Shown: piece by piece, positions 16,621 through 28,312 of the stretch
Numbering within the stretch: the stretch's first letter is position 1
Layout: the number at the start of each line of letters is the position of its first letter
From: Planctomycetota bacterium
GTDB taxonomy: Bacteria > Planctomycetota > Planctomycetia > Pirellulales > UBA1268
NCBI GenBank assembly: GCA_016872925.1
Contig: VGYR01000001.1
Coordinates: 1-42,782, forward strand
Direction: 5' to 3'
Length of the DNA: 42,782 nucleotides
The notes under the pieces: generated by a model
Told to the model about the DNA's origin: nothing
What the model saw: only the letters and a program-made list of their open reading frames with translations
The model's database searches: none
Position numbers and translations under genes: made by a program

Positions 16621-17675
16621 CGGCCGGCCTCCGCCGCGGCGGCCTCGCGGGCGTCGGTGCGGAAGAGTTCCGCCACGATCTGCTCCAGGGGCACGTCCTC
16701 GACCGACACGTCGCGGACTCCCGTCGTGCCGAGGATCTCGGGCAGCACGTCGGCGATCCGGCCGCGGTCGATCCGCAGCACCACCTGCGGGCCGCGGAAC
16801 TCGCAGGGGAATCCGAACCGCTCGATGCGGCTCCGGTCGGGAGCCTCGTCGAGGTCGAGCGTGACGATCTTGTGCGTCGTGAACCGGTCGACGATCTCCG
16901 CCAGCGAACCGTCGTAGAGCACCTCGCCGCGGGTGATCACCACCACCCGCTCGCAGAGGGCCGCCACGTCCTTCATGTAGTGCGTGGTGAGGATCACGGT
17001 CATCCGCCGCCGCCGCTGCACGTCGCGGAGGAAGTCGTGGATCGTGTGCTGGGCGACCACGTCGAGGCCGATGGTGGGCTCGTCGAGAAACAGCACCTCG
17101 GGCTCGTGCAAGAGGGCGGCCACCAGTTCCAGCTTCATCCGCTCGCCGAGCGAGAGTTCACGGACCGGCTGGAGCACCAGCCGGCGGACTCCCAGCAGGT
17201 CGACCAGTTCGTCGCGGGTCTTCTCGAACCGGGCCGGCTCGATCCGGTAGATCTCCTGGTGCAGCCGGAAGCTCTCGGCGGCGGGCAGGTCCCACCAGAG
17301 CTGGTTCCGCTGCCCCATCACCAGGGCGAAGCGGCGACGAAACTCGTCGGCCCGCTCCCAGGGCACGTGCCCGAGGACCGTGGCCGTGCCGCGGGATGGC
17401 GTGATGATGCCGGAGAGGAGTTTGAGGAGCGTGGTCTTCCCGGCGCCGTTGGGCCCGAGCAGGGCGACGAACTCCCCCCGCCCGACCTCGAGATCGATGC
17501 CCTTCACCGCCTCGACCACCCGGCTGGTGCGATGGACGAGGGCCCGGATGCTCGCCGCGAGCCCCTCCGGCTTGTCGTAGACGCGGTACTCCTTGGCGAG
17601 GCCCGCCACATGGATCACCGGATGGATCACCGGCTCGGAGGCCCCGGCCATGCCGCCGAGATCGGTGTTGTGCAT
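16617..17675 (-). CDS. ABC transporter ATP-binding protein (ABC-2 exporter type, with C-terminal extra domain)
   Basis: Walker A GPNGAGKTT, signature LSLGERMK, Walker B LFLDEPT. Start ATG 17675 (alternative 17651). The longer listed ORF 16617..18260 runs antisense into ispF. Confidence 0.9.
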   Translation of the reverse strand: MHNTDLGGMAGASEPVIHPVIHVAGLAKEYRVYDKPEGLAASIRALVHRTSRVVEAVKGIDLEVGRGEFVALLGPNGAGKTTLLKLLSGIITPSRGTATVLGHVPWERADEFRRRFALVMGQRNQLWWDLPAAESFRLHQEIYRIEPARFEKTRDELVDLLGVRRLVLQPVRELSLGERMKLELVAALLHEPEVLFLDEPTIGLDVVAQHTIHDFLRDVQRRRRMTVILTTHYMKDVAALCERVVVITRGEVLYDGSLAEIVDRFTTHKIVTLDLDEAPDRSRIERFGFPCEFRGPQVVLRIDRGRIADVLPEILGTTGVRDVSVEDVPLEQIVAELFRTDAREAAAAEAGR

Positions 17676-17724
17676 GGCGGGAGTATAGGGGAAAACCGTG
17701 TCCGCCCCGCCGGAGTCCGCGAGC

Positions 17725-18201
17725 ATGTTCCGCATCGGTCTTGGCCACGACACCCACCGCCTCGGTCCCGGTGACACCCTCGTGATCGGCGGCGTGAGGA
17801 TCCCCCACGACCGAGCCGCGATCGGCCACAGCGACGCCGACGTGCTCCTGCACGCGATCACCGACGCCCTGCTGGGCGCCGCGGCGCTGGGCGACATCGG
17901 GCAGATGTTTCCCGACACGGCCCCGGAGAACAGGGGCCGTGACTCCGCCGACATGCTGCGGCGGGCGGCGGACGCCGTCGCCGCGGCGGGTTGGCGGCTG
18001 GTGAACCTGGATTGCGTGATCTTCGCCCAGCGGCCCAAAATCCTCCCGCATCGGGCCGCGATCCGCCGGCGGATCGCCGAGACCCTCGGCGTCGACGAAG
18101 CGGCCGTGTGGCTCAAGGCCAAGACGGGCGAGGGCGTCGGCCCGATCGGCGAGGAACGTGCGATCGCCGCCGAGTGCGTCGCGCTCGTCGAGCGGGCATG
18201 A
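17725..18201 (+). CDS. ispF: 2-C-methyl-D-erythritol 2,4-cyclodiphosphate synthase
   Basis: MFRIGLGHDTHRL...GHSDADVLLHAITDALLGA...DIG..FP: canonical IspF motifs, 158 aa. Confidence 0.95.
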   Translation: MFRIGLGHDTHRLGPGDTLVIGGVRIPHDRAAIGHSDADVLLHAITDALLGAAALGDIGQMFPDTAPENRGRDSADMLRRAADAVAAAGWRLVNLDCVIFAQRPKILPHRAAIRRRIAETLGVDEAAVWLKAKTGEGVGPIGEERAIAAECVALVERA

Positions 18202-18229
18202 CCGGACACCCTGAGGAAGCGAAGGCACG

Positions 18230-19792
18230 ATGGCGGACGCGGTGAACGGACTCCCGACAATCGAGATCTACAGCACGCTGACCCGGGCCAAGGCGCCGCT
18301 GGTCACGGTGAAGCCCGGGCACGTGGGCATGTATCTCTGCGGCCCCACGGTCTACAAGCCGAGCCACATCGGCCACATGGTCGGCCCGGTGATCTTCGAC
18401 ACCGTGAAGCGGCACCTCGTCTCCTCCGGCTGGCGGGTGACGTGGGTCGTGAACGTGACCGACGTGGACGACAAGATCATCGCCGAGAGCACGGCCCGCG
18501 GCACCACGATGGCGAAGCTCGCCGAGGAGATGACCGCCGACTACCTGGAGAACCTCGCGGCGCTGGGCGTGACCGGCATCGACGAGATGCCCAAGGCCAC
18601 CGAGCACATCGGCACGATCATCACCTTCATCGAGGAACTGATCGCCAAGGGCTGCGCCTACGCCAGCGACGGCGACGTCTACTTCGACGTGACCCGCGAT
18701 GCCGACTACGGCAAGCTCACCAACCGCTCCGTCGACCAGATGCAGGGGGAGGGAGGCTCGACGGCGGATCGGAAGCGGTCGGCGGCCGACTTCGCGCTCT
18801 GGAAAAAGGCCAAGGCGGGCGAACCAGCCTGGGAGAGCCCGTGGGGCCCCGGCCGGCCGGGTTGGCACATCGAGTGCTCGGCGATGAGCAAGGCGATCCT
18901 GGGGCCGCACTTCGACATCCACGGCGGCGGTTTGGATCTCGTGTTTCCGCATCACGAGAACGAGATCGCCCAGAGCGAGTCGCTCCACGATTGTCCGATG
19001 GCCACGTTCTGGATGCACAACGGCCTGATGCAGGCCGCGGGGGCCGCCGGCAAGGTGGGGGGCCGCCCGCGGGGCGAGGCCGGCTCCACCGACGACGCGG
19101 CCGCCCAGGCGGCCACCAAGATCTCGAAGTCGACGGGCGCCGAGCCGTTCAAGAACCTGCTCGCCCGGCATCGCCCCGAGGCGATCCGTGCGCTGCTCCT
19201 GTCCACGCACTACCGCAGCCCGATCCATTTCGGCGAGGAGCCGCTCGGCGAGAGCGCCCGGGCGATGGAGGCCTTCGAGCGGCTCTTCATCCGCTACCAG
19301 CGGGTGAGCGGCAAGACCTTCCATGCCCTGCCGTGCCGCGACCGCCGTGCCGGCGACGCGGCCGTCCCGGCGGCCGGTGACGACGCGAAGAGCCTGCGGG
19401 AAAAGTTTCTGGCGGCGATGGACGACGACTTCAACACGGCGATCGCGATCGCCTCGCTCTTCGACTTCGTCCGCGTGGTCAACAAGTTCATCGACCAGCA
19501 CGGCCTGGAGGCCAAGAAGCCCGCTGCCGAACTGGCCACGCTCGACGCGATGATGCTCACGCTCCGCGAGCTCACGGGTGTGCTGGGCCTGTTTCTCGAG
19601 CCGCCGCAGCAGCCCTCCGGCGGTGCCGACGACGGACTGGTGGCGAAGCTCATGGAACTGGTGATCGAGATCCGGGCCAACGCCCGAAAGGCGAAGGATT
19701 TCGCCACCGCCGACCTCGTGCGGAACAAGCTCACCGAGGCGGGCATCGTGCTCGAGGACCGCCCCGACGGCACCGGCTGGTCGCGGAAGTGA
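18230..19792 (+). CDS. cysS: Cysteine--tRNA ligase
   Basis: MYLCGPTVYKPSHIGH (HIGH motif), KISKS (KMSKS motif), WHIECS. 520 aa. Confidence 0.97.
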   Translation: MADAVNGLPTIEIYSTLTRAKAPLVTVKPGHVGMYLCGPTVYKPSHIGHMVGPVIFDTVKRHLVSSGWRVTWVVNVTDVDDKIIAESTARGTTMAKLAEEMTADYLENLAALGVTGIDEMPKATEHIGTIITFIEELIAKGCAYASDGDVYFDVTRDADYGKLTNRSVDQMQGEGGSTADRKRSAADFALWKKAKAGEPAWESPWGPGRPGWHIECSAMSKAILGPHFDIHGGGLDLVFPHHENEIAQSESLHDCPMATFWMHNGLMQAAGAAGKVGGRPRGEAGSTDDAAAQAATKISKSTGAEPFKNLLARHRPEAIRALLLSTHYRSPIHFGEEPLGESARAMEAFERLFIRYQRVSGKTFHALPCRDRRAGDAAVPAAGDDAKSLREKFLAAMDDDFNTAIAIASLFDFVRVVNKFIDQHGLEAKKPAAELATLDAMMLTLRELTGVLGLFLEPPQQPSGGADDGLVAKLMELVIEIRANARKAKDFATADLVRNKLTEAGIVLEDRPDGTGWSRK

Positions 19793-20849
19793 TGAGCCAT
19801 CCCAGCGCCAGCACCGTGGCCAGCGCTCTCGGCTCGGGCACGACCTGCAGGGCGTACAGGTCCTGGGCGATCCCGCCGCCATTGTCGGACACCAGCAGCA
19901 GGCTCGTGGAGCCGTCGGCGAGTTGCGGCCCGAAGGTCATCCCTTCGAAGTTCGACGTGGCGAACGAGCCCTCCCAGAGCAGCGTCTTCCCGAGGGGCGT
20001 GAAGGTCCCGGTCGCGAGCGACGCGACCGCCGCGACGTCGCTGCCGGTGGCCAGATCCACGCCGTAGAGCCGCGACCTGAAGTCGGGGATCGTGGCCCCC
20101 CCGAGTTCCCTCTCCAGCACCAGCAGCGTCGTCGCCGTCCACGGCAGCACGTCGACGACGCCACTCCGCTCCGCGGTGGTGAGCGACGTGAGGGCGGAGA
20201 TCGGATCGGTGCGGTAGGCCCATTGCCCCGCCGCGGCGAGCGACGTGTCGAATCGCTGGATCCGCACCCAGCTGCCCTGCGTGGTCGTGGAGAGCGGGCC
20301 GTCGGGCACCACCGCCTCCTCGTTGGCCGTCCACAGCCCGCCGGCGCCGAAGGCCAGCGACTCCAGCCCCATGTTGCTCTGCACGTTCGCCGGCGCGTAG
20401 ATCGCCGGCACGCCGACGCCACCGAGCGTCGCGCCGGTCGTGGCGTCGAACTGCGTGATCGACGAGGCGACCTCGTCGGACACGAACACGCTTCCCGTCG
20501 CCGCCCGGTACGCGATCCCCTCGGAATCGGTGCCGAGGCCCGGGGCCGACACGGCACCGACCACGGTGCCGCCCGTGATCCAGCCGCTGCCGGCATCGAC
20601 CGTCACCGACAGCCTCCAGAGCGACTTCGCACCGTTGTCGCCGACGGCGAGATAGTTCGCACCGCCCGTCCAGGCGATGCCGCTGAGTTCCGCGGCGCCA
20701 CTGCTGCCGCTCGACAGGGCCACCCTCCCCTGCCCCGGATCGACGACCGTCACCTGTCCCTGTACCTCCCCGACCTGGCACGCGACGACCCCCGCCACCA
20801 GCGCCGAGACCACATGCCGCCGGGCCCGAGAGAATCGACTGGCTCTCAT
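19731..20849 (-). CDS. Secreted phytase-like (esterase-like) beta-propeller protein with PEP-CTERM anchor
   Basis: ATG 20849 with signal peptide. SGIAW..NYLAVGDNG, DSEGIAY and GLESLAF resemble the phytase-like esterase domain. C-terminal VPEP + hydrophobic stretch + RCRR. The 3' end overlaps the cysS 3' end by 62 nt. Confidence 0.7.
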   Translation of the reverse strand: MRASRFSRARRHVVSALVAGVVACQVGEVQGQVTVVDPGQGRVALSSGSSGAAELSGIAWTGGANYLAVGDNGAKSLWRLSVTVDAGSGWITGGTVVGAVSAPGLGTDSEGIAYRAATGSVFVSDEVASSITQFDATTGATLGGVGVPAIYAPANVQSNMGLESLAFGAGGLWTANEEAVVPDGPLSTTTQGSWVRIQRFDTSLAAAGQWAYRTDPISALTSLTTAERSGVVDVLPWTATTLLVLERELGGATIPDFRSRLYGVDLATGSDVAAVASLATGTFTPLGKTLLWEGSFATSNFEGMTFGPQLADGSTSLLLVSDNGGGIAQDLYALQVVPEPRALATVLALGWLITSATSRCRRGGPRARCPPR

Positions 20850-20905
20850 CACGCACGCCTCCCGAGGATCCGCGGACCGACCGCAGGATAGGCCATCGAT
20901 GTCGC

Positions 20906-22036
20906 TCATTCGAGCGCCGGGTCGTGCGGCTCGTCGAACGGCCCCTCGAGCACCGCGTCGGGCTGATCGCGGCGGCCGCCCTCGTCGATCACCACCTGCG
21001 CCTGCCGGAGAATCGCCTCCGGCACCCGCCAGCGGGCCCGGTCGTAGCCCGGGGCCGCGAGGTTCACCGTCAGCCGCGGCGGGATCGACCGCGACGTCTC
21101 GCGGATCGGGATCGTCTTCGGATCGGCCCCCGCCAGGATCTCGCCGGCCATCCGCCCGGCGAGCAGACCCACCTGGTGAAAGTCGTAGCCGACGTCGAAC
21201 AGCGTGCCGCGGTCCGGCGGGCCCGGCGTGACCGAGAACACGGGCAGCCCGGCCTTGGCCGCGGCCGCCACCACCGAGTCCGTCACGCTCGAGACCGTCG
21301 TGTCGCCGGGGATGAAGATCACGTCTGCGCCGCGGGAGATCGTCGCCTGCACCGCCTCCACGACGCCCGACGAGTTCTCCACGGCGGCCTCGAGCAGCTC
21401 GAGGTTGCGGGCGGCGCAGGTGGCCCGGGCGAGTTCCATGAACCGCCGCGAGTTGCTCTCCGCGGGATTGTGGGCCGCCCCCACCCGGCGGACGTGCGGC
21501 GCGATCGACTGCAGGAGCCGGAACGTGGCTTCCACCGGCGACAGGCTGCCGTAGCCGACGAGGTGCGGGGGGTGGACGAGCGGGTCGCGGCGGTCGAGGC
21601 CGACGCCGGCCGAGAACGGATCGGCCACGGCGGCGAACACATGGACGAGCCGGCGGCCCGCGGGCCGGCCGCGGTCGTTGGCCGTCGCCAGCGCCTGCAG
21701 GGAGGGCGTGCTCGACGTCAGCCCCATGTCGAAGCCGCCACCGACGATCTCGCGGGCGATCGCGTTGGCCTGGGCGAGATCCCCTTCGGCGTTGTAGCGG
21801 CGGATCGTCACGGACGTGCCGTCGATGAAGCCCTTCTCCGCCAGCCCGTCGATCATGCCGCGGACCGCGTCGTCGAGGAGCGGCGTGCTCACCTGCTGCA
21901 ACACCGCCACCGCCGGCACGCTCCGCCGCGATCCCGCCCGGTCGGTTGCGAGCAGCAGGGCCGACGCACCGCCGAGCACGGCGAGGAGCGGCAGCCAGCG
22001 ACGGATCACGGCGGGCAGGATGGTGCGGTCGGTCAT
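20906..22036 (-). CDS. ABC transporter substrate-binding protein (uncharacterised-transport family related to TrpX)
   Basis: ATG 22036. N-terminal anchor RRWLPLLAVLGGASALLLA. Periplasmic-binding-protein-like body (VGAAHNPAESNS..., VIFIPGDTTV). Sits with the matching permease and ATPase families. Confidence 0.75.
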   Translation of the reverse strand: MTDRTILPAVIRRWLPLLAVLGGASALLLATDRAGSRRSVPAVAVLQQVSTPLLDDAVRGMIDGLAEKGFIDGTSVTIRRYNAEGDLAQANAIAREIVGGGFDMGLTSSTPSLQALATANDRGRPAGRRLVHVFAAVADPFSAGVGLDRRDPLVHPPHLVGYGSLSPVEATFRLLQSIAPHVRRVGAAHNPAESNSRRFMELARATCAARNLELLEAAVENSSGVVEAVQATISRGADVIFIPGDTTVSSVTDSVVAAAAKAGLPVFSVTPGPPDRGTLFDVGYDFHQVGLLAGRMAGEILAGADPKTIPIRETSRSIPPRLTVNLAAPGYDRARWRVPEAILRQAQVVIDEGGRRDQPDAVLEGPFDEPHDPALE

Positions 22037-22046
22037 CGCTGGAGGC

Positions 22047-22859
22047 TCACCCGTAGAGGTCGGCGAGGGTGCGGGCCGCGGCATCGTCGAGCTGGTCGGC
22101 CCGCCGCAGCGCGTCGAAGCGATCGGCGAGATCCTCGGGCGTCAGCCGCCGCTTCGCCGGCCCCTCGACGTCGAGCTCGATGCGGCCGCGGTGCACGAGC
22201 ACGAGCCGGTCGCCGAGCGACGCCGCCTGGGCCAGCGAGTGGGTGACCATCAGTGCCGTGAGCTTGCCGGCCCGGATGAGGTCGGCCGTCGCCCGCACCA
22301 CCCGGTCCGCCGCCGCCGGGTCGAGCGCGGCGGTGTGCTCGTCGAGCAGCAGGAGTTCGGGGCGGTGCCACGTGGCCATCAGGAGCGTGACGATCTGCCG
22401 CTGACCGCCCGACATCGACCCGATCGGCTGGTCGAGCCGCTCCTCGAGCCCCGGCACGATCCGGCCGATCCGGGCGGCGGCCTCGTCGCGGAGCCGCCGG
22501 TCGGTGGCCCAGCCCAGGCCGGGCAGGCGGCCACGGCAGGCGGCCACGGCGATGTTCTCGAGCACCGACAGCGAGGCGGCGGTGCCGGCCCGGGGGTCCT
22601 GGAACACGCGGCCGATCAGCCGCGCCCGGGCGTGCTGCGACCACGTGGAAATGTCGTGGCCGGCGAGCAACACGCGGCCCGACGAGAGCCGCACCGTGCC
22701 CGCGATCGCCCCCTGAAGGGTGCTCTTGCCCGAGCCGTTGGTGCCGATCACCACCACGAACTGCCCCGCCGGCACCTGCAGCGACACGCCGTCGAGCGCT
22801 CGCACCGCGGGCCCGCCCGGCGACTGGAAGATCACGGTGGCACGATCGAGGTCGAGCAT
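22047..22859 (-). CDS. ABC transporter ATP-binding protein
   Basis: Walker A GTNGSGKST, signature MSGGQRQ, Walker B LLLDEHT. Confidence 0.9.
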   Translation of the reverse strand: MLDLDRATVIFQSPGGPAVRALDGVSLQVPAGQFVVVIGTNGSGKSTLQGAIAGTVRLSSGRVLLAGHDISTWSQHARARLIGRVFQDPRAGTAASLSVLENIAVAACRGRLPGLGWATDRRLRDEAAARIGRIVPGLEERLDQPIGSMSGGQRQIVTLLMATWHRPELLLLDEHTAALDPAAADRVVRATADLIRAGKLTALMVTHSLAQAASLGDRLVLVHRGRIELDVEGPAKRRLTPEDLADRFDALRRADQLDDAAARTLADLYG

Positions 22860-22860
22860 C

Positions 22861-23763
22861 TCAGGCCTTGCTCCGGGAGCCGAGCAGCCGCGGGGCGACC
22901 AGCGCCGCGAGCACCACGGCGGCGGTGGCCGCCTTGAGCCAGTCGGGATCGAGCCCCGCCCGCAGCGCCGAGGCCACGAGCAGGCGAAAGGTCACGCTGC
23001 CCGCCGCGGCCGCCGCCAGCGCCGTGCCCAGGCCCGCTCCCCCCACCAGCGCCCGGCCGAGGAACACGCTGGCCATCCCCCAGACCACCATCCCGATGCC
23101 CATCTGGACGTCGGCGAAGCCCTGATACTGGGCCACCAGGCCGCCGGCGGCCGCCGTGAGCGAGTTGGCAATCGCCAGGCCGCCCACCGTGAGCAGGCCG
23201 GTGTCGCGGCCCAGGGCCCGGGCCATGGTCGGCGTGTCGCCGCCCGCCCGCATCGCGGTGCCCAGCCGCGTGCGGAAGAAGAGGTACAGGACCGTCGCCG
23301 CGACGATCACCACGCCGAGCGCAAACGCGGTGCGGGCCAGCTCCCCGGCCAGCGTGGCATCGACACCACACCGCTCCAGGAGCGGCCCGAGCCGCCGCTC
23401 GACCACGTCGAACAGCGTCGTGGACCGGCCCAGCGGCACGTTGCTGCGGCCCAGGGCCACCAGGTTCACGCTCGCCAGCGACGTGCTCACGAGGATGCCC
23501 GCGAGCAGCGGCTCCACCCCGAGGAAGGCGTTGATCAGCGCGGTCGCCACGCCCGCCGTCGCCCCGGCCGCCATCCCGGCGAGCGTCGCCAGGGCGGGAT
23601 CCCACCCCGCCACGAGCAATCCGGCGGCCACCACGCCCCCCAAGGTGAACGAACCATCGGTGGTGATGTCGGGAAAGGAGAACAGCCGGTAGCTCACGAA
23701 CACGCCCAGCGCCACCAGGGCGAGCGTCAGGCCGAACGTCCACGTGGAGAGCAGCGTGATCAC
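22861..23763 (-). CDS. ABC transporter permease (branched-chain/TrpY-like family)
   Basis: GTG 23763 overlapping the upstream TGA (GTGA). VITLLSTWTFGLTLALVALGVFVSYRLFSFPDITTDGSF... is the typical N-terminus of this permease family. Polytopic. Confidence 0.8.
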   Translation of the reverse strand: MITLLSTWTFGLTLALVALGVFVSYRLFSFPDITTDGSFTLGGVVAAGLLVAGWDPALATLAGMAAGATAGVATALINAFLGVEPLLAGILVSTSLASVNLVALGRSNVPLGRSTTLFDVVERRLGPLLERCGVDATLAGELARTAFALGVVIVAATVLYLFFRTRLGTAMRAGGDTPTMARALGRDTGLLTVGGLAIANSLTAAAGGLVAQYQGFADVQMGIGMVVWGMASVFLGRALVGGAGLGTALAAAAAGSVTFRLLVASALRAGLDPDWLKAATAAVVLAALVAPRLLGSRSKA

Positions 23764-25022
23764 GGGGCGGCGCCTGCGGAGGCGAGTTCGAGCGGCGCGA
23801 ACCAGACCGCCCCGCGGGCGAACTCGGAGCGGCCGCTCCCGAGCACCGGCTGGGGATCCGCCACGAGATGCATCACCGCCAGAGGCGTCGACGCCGCGAG
23901 ATCGGCCACGGTGGCGGCCAGGTCGAGACCGCCGCGCCGGAGCGGCCGATAGGGAAACACCACCGCATGGAAGTGGACGGCGAACCCGCGGCCCGGCACC
24001 TCGCGGACGAAGCCCTCGAGCGGACCGGCCGCCGGCGTGCGCGTCACGATCCCCACGACCGCGGCGGTCCGCCGCGCGTGGACCGGCTCGCGGGAGAAGC
24101 TCAGCCACGTCGCTGCGACCTCACGGGTGCCAGCCACGGGCGTGTCGCCCGCGCGGGCCTCGGCGAGCGGCCGGATCAGCTCGACGCCGACGAGCCCGTG
24201 CACTTCGCCGGCCACGACGATCCCGAGCGTCGCGGCCTGCGTCTGGGCAAGCACCGCTTCCACGAGATCGTCGAGCCGCACGCTGGGGTCGTCGCCGGAG
24301 GGTTCGAAGCCGGCCCGGGCCGCAGGGATGCCTTCCCAGACGACCCCCGAGAGCAGGCTGACGTCGGCCAGCAGGTCGCCCTGCGGCAGCACGTAGTCGA
24401 CCGCCGCGTGCGCCTGCGGCGGCCGGTGAAACACGGCCCCGGCCAACACGGCCAGCTCGCCGGCCCGCACCGCGGCCGGCCGGCCGTCGGCCAGCGCGGC
24501 CAGCCCGAGGCCGCACGCGTGCCGGGGGATGCGCCGCTTCACCGCCTCTCCCGCGCGGCCGGAGATCGCGTCACGCGGCTCGCCGAACAGCGTGCCGCGG
24601 ATCGCCGCCCCGGCGTGGGGCTCGAGCCCCAGGAGGGCCACCGGCCCGCAGGTGACGTCACGGACGGCGGCGGGCGTCGGCGATCGGCCGGCGACGGGTT
24701 CGGCCGCGCCGCCGGCGGCCTCCATGATCAGCGGCGAGAGCCGCGTGAGGTCGAGCACCCGCTTCACCGTCGGGCTCACCCGCCGCACGAAGCACGTGCC
24801 CCCCACCCCCTTCGCCGACTTCTGGGTCTCGAACAGGTGGCTGATGCCCGCGGAGCTCAGGAACGTCGTCGCCTCCAGGTCGAGCCGGATCGCATGGCGG
24901 CCGAGCCGCAGCTCGTCGGCCACCGCCTGCACGAGTTCCGGCCCGGTCTCGGCATCGATCCGGCCGGCACAGACGAGGAGCACGATGCCCTCCTGCTCCA
25001 CGCGGTCGATGCTGAGGTCCAT
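23760..25022 (-). CDS. STAS-domain protein fused to a ~310-aa domain of unknown function
   Basis: Residues 1-100 match the SpoIIAA/STAS fold pattern (LLVCAGRIDAETGPEL...IRLDLEATTFLSSAGISHLF...VSPTVKRVLDLTRL). I do not recognise the rest (AVRDVTCGPVALLG ... AVWFAPLE). Confidence 0.75.
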   Translation of the reverse strand: MDLSIDRVEQEGIVLLVCAGRIDAETGPELVQAVADELRLGRHAIRLDLEATTFLSSAGISHLFETQKSAKGVGGTCFVRRVSPTVKRVLDLTRLSPLIMEAAGGAAEPVAGRSPTPAAVRDVTCGPVALLGLEPHAGAAIRGTLFGEPRDAISGRAGEAVKRRIPRHACGLGLAALADGRPAAVRAGELAVLAGAVFHRPPQAHAAVDYVLPQGDLLADVSLLSGVVWEGIPAARAGFEPSGDDPSVRLDDLVEAVLAQTQAATLGIVVAGEVHGLVGVELIRPLAEARAGDTPVAGTREVAATWLSFSREPVHARRTAAVVGIVTRTPAAGPLEGFVREVPGRGFAVHFHAVVFPYRPLRRGGLDLAATVADLAASTPLAVMHLVADPQPVLGSGRSEFARGAVWFAPLELASAGAAP

Positions 25023-25055
25023 CGGATTCGCCGGCCGACGACGCGCGGGCCCGTC

Positions 25056-28233
<3,178 letters not shown>

Positions 28234-28312
28234 TCCGATGGCATACTTGGTCGATAACGGACCCACGTCGCAGTATAGGCCCCTGCCCTCCTCCCGGCCC
28301 CAGCCTGCCGTC

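Noticed and set aside
11053-16917. Very long + strand ORFs 11053..13977 (974 aa) and 14635..16917 (760 aa)
   Set aside because: They lie antisense to the TIM barrel, YeiH-like, permease, MDR and ABC genes, which have clear motifs. Their translations are low-complexity R/P/G/D/H strings.
18113-19882. 589-aa minus ORF opposite cysS, and 19294..20856 / 19923..20891 frames around the phytase-like gene
   Set aside because: cysS and the PEP-CTERM protein carry unmistakable motifs in their own frames. The others are shadow or out-of-frame ORFs.
28234-28312. Mg-sensing M-box riboswitch upstream of mgtE
   Set aside because: The divergent intergenic region is only 79 nt, too short for an M-box aptamer plus expression platform. 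I saw no matching conserved stretches.
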